Source of the DNA: Zygophlyctis sp. KS116
Lineage: Eukaryota > Fungi > Chytridiomycota
NCBI GenBank assembly: GCA_054661495.1
Contig: BAAFSQ010000262.1
Location: forward strand, 1 to 13,867
Direction: 5' to 3'
Length of the DNA stretch: 13,867 bases
Shown piece by piece: positions 9,911 to 13,867 of this stretch. The notes beneath the pieces are model-generated. The model was not told the DNA's origin. It worked only from the letters and a program-made list of their open reading frames with translations, and did not search any database. Numbering within the stretch: the first letter of the stretch is position 1; every line of letters starts with the position of its first letter. Made by a program: the position numbers and the translations under genes.

Positions 9911-11282
9911 ATGAAATTACTTTACGGATTGATTACTTCGATTAGTTTGCATACTGCTTATTCTGCACTTCTAGAGCCTCCCGATGGTCAAGCATATTTG
10001 GGCGCATGGTAAGATGAATCTCTTTTCATTTAAAGGCTTGCAACGAATGATTCTAGACCTGGTGCAAATGATGGGGATCGTCCAGTTGCATTCAATCAGA
10101 GAATGGGATGGAAAGCAGGTGTTTTCCAGTATGCTCAAAATATGCCAATCGGACCAAATGTAACTTGTTAATTAGTTTAAATTATAGGAATTTCCATTTC
10201 CAGAAGAACAAATTTATGCCACCAATACTCCATGCATTATCCTGCTGACTGTTTATGCTAGGCCAAATCCATGGGCAATAACCGATGCAGATATTGACTT
10301 CTTTGCCAATCAGATGAAGAGACTCACTGTAGACTCTAGACGTCAGGTTTTAGTTCGATTTTCACCAGAAATGAATGGTGACTGGAATTACTATGGGCAG
10401 CAGCCAGTCAAATACATTGCATTATGGAAGAGAGTATTCAATGCTGTTAAAGCCAAAGCCCCAGACGTTGCATTTTTATGGTCACCATCCACAGCAGGAG
10501 GGTATCCATTCAGCTTGAGCTTAACAACTGAAGAAGATCGACCATTTTTGGACACAAATAAGGATGGGGTGATTGATCTCAATGGTAAAACATATTCTTT
10601 CATGATTTAGATGATGCTTTTTCGCCTTATTATCCTGGTGATGAATTTGTGGATTGGGTAGGTATGTCAGTATACATATACGGTACCTCTTTTCCCTGGT
10701 CCGATAACATTGTCGCTCCTGCTGGTAGATTTGAAGAAGAAATCAACTACCGCAATTTCTATCAGCTTTACGGAGTTCAAAAGAATAAACCTATTTCAAT
10801 CAGCGAGACCGCTGCTACTTTTCATATCAATACTCCACTTGGACCTGGTGTTGGAGAGCTGGCTGTTAAGCAATCTTGGTGGAGACAATATATAACAAAC
10901 AGAGACTTTTGGAATCGTTATCCTAAAATCAAATTGCTTTGTCTATTTGAATTTGCAAAGTTTGAAGAAAGTAAGATCAAATTTCACTAATTAACCAGAG
11001 TATGCCAATGGGGATGACAGTTTTAGAGACTTTAGAATTACGATCAATCCAGAAGTCCGAGAAGCTTTCAACCGTGATTTAGAACAAGTAAAATCACACT
11101 ACATTTTCGGTGACTCTGAATACTTGAAAAAAGAGTTGGAGAAAAAGGGTGGATCTCCAGATAACGGTGCAAATCCAGGAGGATCATCTGGTAGATTGAG
11201 AAGTGAAGGCCAAACTGTGCAGGTGGTATTTTCCATGTTTGTTGGAGCATTTTTTGCCTACTTGGTAAAATCTTTCCGCTGA
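9911..11282 (+). CDS. Secreted, putatively GPI-anchored GH26, copy 4 (about 420 aa)
   Basis: Exons 9911-10008, 10036-10159, 10188-10584, 10611-10970, 10999-11282. Signal peptide MKLLYGLITSISLHTAYS. Motifs VRFSPEMNGDW, YYPGDEFVDWVG and KPISISET. Tail VVFSMFVGAFFAYLVKSFR-stop. Confidence 0.88.
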
Positions 11283-11381
11283 AGTTGAAAAATCAAATAG
11301 ATTTTTGTCAAGAAATTTTTCTCAACAATTGTAAAGTGTCCGTCCCTTAAGTCCCATCGGAAATCAAAAGCGTGTTTGTAG

Positions 11382-11396
11382 ACGCGACCTAACCCT
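11382..11396. promoter_or_regulatory. Candidate cis-elements upstream of the telobox gene: ACGCGA (MCB-like) next to CCTAACCCT (telomere-repeat 9-mer)
   Basis: The sequence acgcga-cctaaccct lies about 65 nt upstream of ATG 11462. Function is untested. Confidence 0.3.
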
Positions 11397-11461
11397 CATC
11401 GCATTTATCAGTTTCGGACTTACGGAGTTCCATTCTATTAAATCTTACAATACACCATACG

Positions 11462-12787
11462 ATGACGGTTTCTCAAAAGAATTCGAGGTCTAAAAAGGCC
11501 TCAAAGGCTTCCCAATCAAAAAAAGCCAAATCCGCCAATAATTCATCTGCTTTTGAGTCTTCGCAAGGGCTAAAGTTTCAAGATTCGCTACCAGTTCCTC
11601 CATATTGGCAAAATGAGTCTACCTTTGCCATTATGGATCTTCAAGCATATTTTTTATTGGCAGCAGATTTGCTAAACAAGGTCGAAGTCGATCATAATGA
11701 GGATGAAACTCCTTATCAAATCACTGAAAGACTTTGGTCAGAATGGATTGAATGCTTTCCTGTTGATGACATACCTCCAAATTCTGGTCATGCCTTGATT
11801 ATTCGGTTGAAATTAATATATGCATTAAAGTACCTGCATAAAATCAAATCTTTTATATCTGATGAATCTCCGGTCTCTCGTAAAAATGTGGCAAATAATG
11901 CAAAGGAATTGATTGATTTACTTTCTAAAAACTTTGCAGATGGGAAATTTATGAATTCTTCTACTTGCATCAAGATTATGGTAGACCTGATGAGCATGGT
12001 ATAGTTTTTAAATTTACTTTTATAGTTTGTATTTTATGAATTAGCTTCAGGAGTGCAAGAAGGAGACAGTTTTAGAGCTTACCGTAAAGGCGAAGGTAAG
12101 GCCTTCATTGAATCTGTATTTCAAATGGATACTCTCTCCACTATTCCCTTGCCTCTAGAGTCAAAAGTATCTAGTATATTATCAGATCGCTTGAATGCTA
12201 TCAAATCATCTCTTGAAACTGATACTTTAATACTGGATGAAAATGAATTTCCTAATCTGGAGACCAACCTGCGCCTTTTTCTGGTCCGAATCTTTCAAGA
12301 TGTTAATACCTTTTCTCTTCCAGAACTTCATCCTGAATATGAAGACAAGTCTTCCATGTCTGGATTTCCTGAATTTGATTTTAATTATAATCGTTTAGAT
12401 GATGATCAAGTTGCACATATTCTTAGCGCCATGAATCAAGTACAAAAACCTAGTGGCTCTATTGATCTTGGAGATTTGGATGATTTTTTAAGTGGAGAAT
12501 CCTGGCCGCATTCTAATAAGAAATTGCGATCCCCATCATTCCATAAATCAGCTACTAGTGCAAGTAGAAAAGGTAGAACTGGAGGTGCATGGACTCAAGA
12601 AGAAACCAATGCTCTAGAAAAAGGAATGCAAATGTTTAAGAATGATTGGAAAACAATTAAACACCATTTTAGTGAAACATTACATCGTCGCACAAATGTC
12701 AATCTCAAAGATCGAGCTCGTAATGTTAAGCGAAAGCTAATAAAGGAGAAACTTCCCCTTGGAATTTGGCATTTGGCATGCGGATAA
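11462..12787 (+). CDS. Telobox-type Myb/SANT protein (TRF/Tbf1/Taz1-like telomere-repeat-binding factor), about 432 aa
   Basis: Exons 11462-11998 and 12026-12787; the 27-nt intron 11999-12025 contains an in-frame TAG. A single C-terminal Myb domain (WTQEETNALEKGMQMFKNDWKTI...RRTNVNLKDRARN) carries the telobox signature LKD[KR]xRN. A helical-looking N-terminal region precedes it. Confidence 0.8.
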
Positions 12788-12811
12788 ACCTTGTAAATAA
12801 GAAAAATTCTA

Positions 12812-13291
12812 TTAAGCTAATTCCATATCTTCTCTGCCTTGTGTCTGATGAAATCTGCTTTCCAATTCCTTTTTGAGTTCTGGTGTAGAGATCAAATCTA
12901 TATTCTTTGAGACTTCCTTTATCATATTTTCCTTTTCTACCAACTTTTTGGATGCAATTCTCTTCTTGTAAAAGACCTTTTCTCTCTTTTGCTTAATTTC
13001 AGAGATTCTCTTCATTGCCTTGACTGTTGTAGCCAATAGATCCCGATCATATCGAACCGGTACATTTCTTCTCTTTTCAAACTCAATGGTAGAATCAATA
13101 GTCATTTCCTTTCCTGCTGCCTTTCTAAATGCCTTTGTCCATTTCAATTTTCTAGGATTTCTCTTCATTTTGAAATTTTTGTGGCACTTTGATCTGCAAA
13201 ACTTGAATACTTTGGCATCATTTCTAACAAATGTCATCCCATGGCCTGGATAAACAGTCGATGAACAAAAAAAACATTTTTCTAATCTCAT
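12812..13291 (-). CDS. RLP24: Ribosome biogenesis protein Rlp24/RSL24D1 (L24e family), 159 aa, intronless
   Basis: [63 protein letters not shown] is the hallmark Rlp24 N-terminus. The start is therefore ATG 13291, not 13399 as in the ORF track. Confidence 0.96.
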   Translation of the reverse strand: MRLEKCFFCSSTVYPGHGMTFVRNDAKVFKFCRSKCHKNFKMKRNPRKLKWTKAFRKAAGKEMTIDSTIEFEKRRNVPVRYDRDLLATTVKAMKRISEIKQKREKVFYKKRIASKKLVEKENMIKEVSKNIDLISTPELKKELESRFHQTQGREDMELA

Positions 13292-13343
13292 CCTTAATAA
13301 CTTTTTTAGTAACCTTGATCTTAAACTTAATCTTGTAAAATTT

Positions 13344-13867
13344 TCAAGTTTTTGACATTGTCCTGATCCAATCATCCTCTCCCAACTCTCCATCTCCATC
13401 CTTATCAGACTCTTTTAATATCATTAATAATTCCTGTTCTGTAATCGGATCTTCAATTTCTTTTGCCACCCTACGAAGATCTTTAAGTGTTATTTTACCC
13501 TTTAGATCTTTATCAAAGAGTCTAAACGCAACTAGAGTTTCTTCTCTTCCGTCCCTTTCCGCAATCTTTTGAGACATCATATCTATAAATTGATCTAAAT
13601 TTAAAGAGTCTTCTTCATCTTCTTGAGAATTTTCATCATCAGAGTCTTGATAGTCTTTATCAGGCTCTTTAAATTCTTTTCCAAAATATTCTGCAACCAT
13701 TTTTTGAGTTTCAAACTTTTTGGGTCTAAATCCTAATGCTCTCATTACTACAGATAATTCACTTGCATCCATTGAACCAGATCCATCAGTATCAAAAAGT
13801 ACAAATACTTCTCGCATTTCTTGTTTCTGCATTGGAGTTAATATTCTTTTTCTTATAGATCTTCTAA
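13344..13867 (-). CDS. Divergent centrin/caltractin-like EF-hand protein (5'-truncated by the window)
   Basis: The frame stays open to the window edge ([19 protein letters not shown]). Centrin signatures are [48 protein letters not shown] and [10 protein letters not shown]. Confidence 0.88.
   Translation of the reverse strand, partial: RRSIRKRILTPMQKQEMREVFVLFDTDGSGSMDASELSVVMRALGFRPKKFETQKMVAEYFGKEFKEPDKDYQDSDDENSQEDEEDSLNLDQFIDMMSQKIAERDGREETLVAFRLFDKDLKGKITLKDLRRVAKEIEDPITEQELLMILKESDKDGDGELGEDDWIRTMSKT

Larger units (their letters stand above)
480..12025 (+). other. Set of 30 ultra-short spliceosomal GT-AG introns (25-33 nt)
   Basis: 480-510, 1000-1028, 1523-1550, 2368-2394, 2432-2457, 2537-2562, 2990-3015, 3638-3666, 4145-4169, 4397-4423, 4666-4698, 5128-5156, 5404-5430, 5574-5598, 5896-5923, 6005-6036, 6397-6423, 6834-6864, 7314-7339, 7424-7452, 7813-7839, 8523-8552, 9002-9027, 9112-9140, 9501-9527, 10009-10035, 10160-10187, 10585-10610, 10971-10998, 11999-12025. 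All but 4397-4423 are needed to remove a stop or restore the frame. In the GH26 genes they restore colinear paralog alignments. Confidence 0.88.

Noticed and set aside
63-12787. Reading the fragmented ORFs as pseudogenes, frameshifts or an alternative genetic code
   Set aside because: Every break coincides with a 25-33 nt GT-AG segment whose removal restores the frame. The standard code suffices.
72-13253. Short antisense or alternate-frame ORFs (e.g. 693-899, 2063-2293, 7336-7539, 7453-7737, 9024-9227, 13020-13253)
   Set aside because: They are shadows of real exons. The duplicated ones simply reflect the 978-bp repeat.
13292-13399. N-terminal extension of RLP24 overlapping the centrin 3' end, or a centrin-RLP24 fusion
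   Set aside because: The conserved Rlp24 start is MRLEKC at 13291. A short open stretch upstream is expected by chance.
1-13867. CRISPR arrays, tRNA/rRNA genes, prokaryotic operon signals
   Set aside because: None seen. The window is spliced eukaryotic protein-coding DNA almost end to end.

Overview
This window is eukaryotic nuclear DNA from an extremely compact, AT-rich genome. The gene content suggests an early-diverging fungus such as a chytrid (inference only). The many short ORFs in the track are exons. I reconstructed nine genes by hand using 30 tiny GT-AG introns of 25-33 nt, and every complete spliced model is a whole number of codons. On the + strand, in order: a coiled-coil plus WD40 protein, an Mrc1/Claspin-like checkpoint mediator (about 1006 aa), four tandem secreted and probably GPI-anchored GH26 glycoside hydrolases, and a telobox-Myb telomere-binding-like protein. 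On the - strand: RLP24 and a divergent centrin that runs off the window. The main points of interest are (1) genome-wide miniaturisation (ultra-short introns, intergenic gaps down to 24-36 nt), (2) the GH26 array, in which copies 2 and 3 share a 978-bp tract that is identical even across introns while their flanks have diverged, (3) an animal Claspin-type Chk1-binding motif in a fungal-type Mrc1, and (4) a telomere-repeat 9-mer just upstream of the telobox gene. All splice models are inferred from sequence alone, without RNA data.
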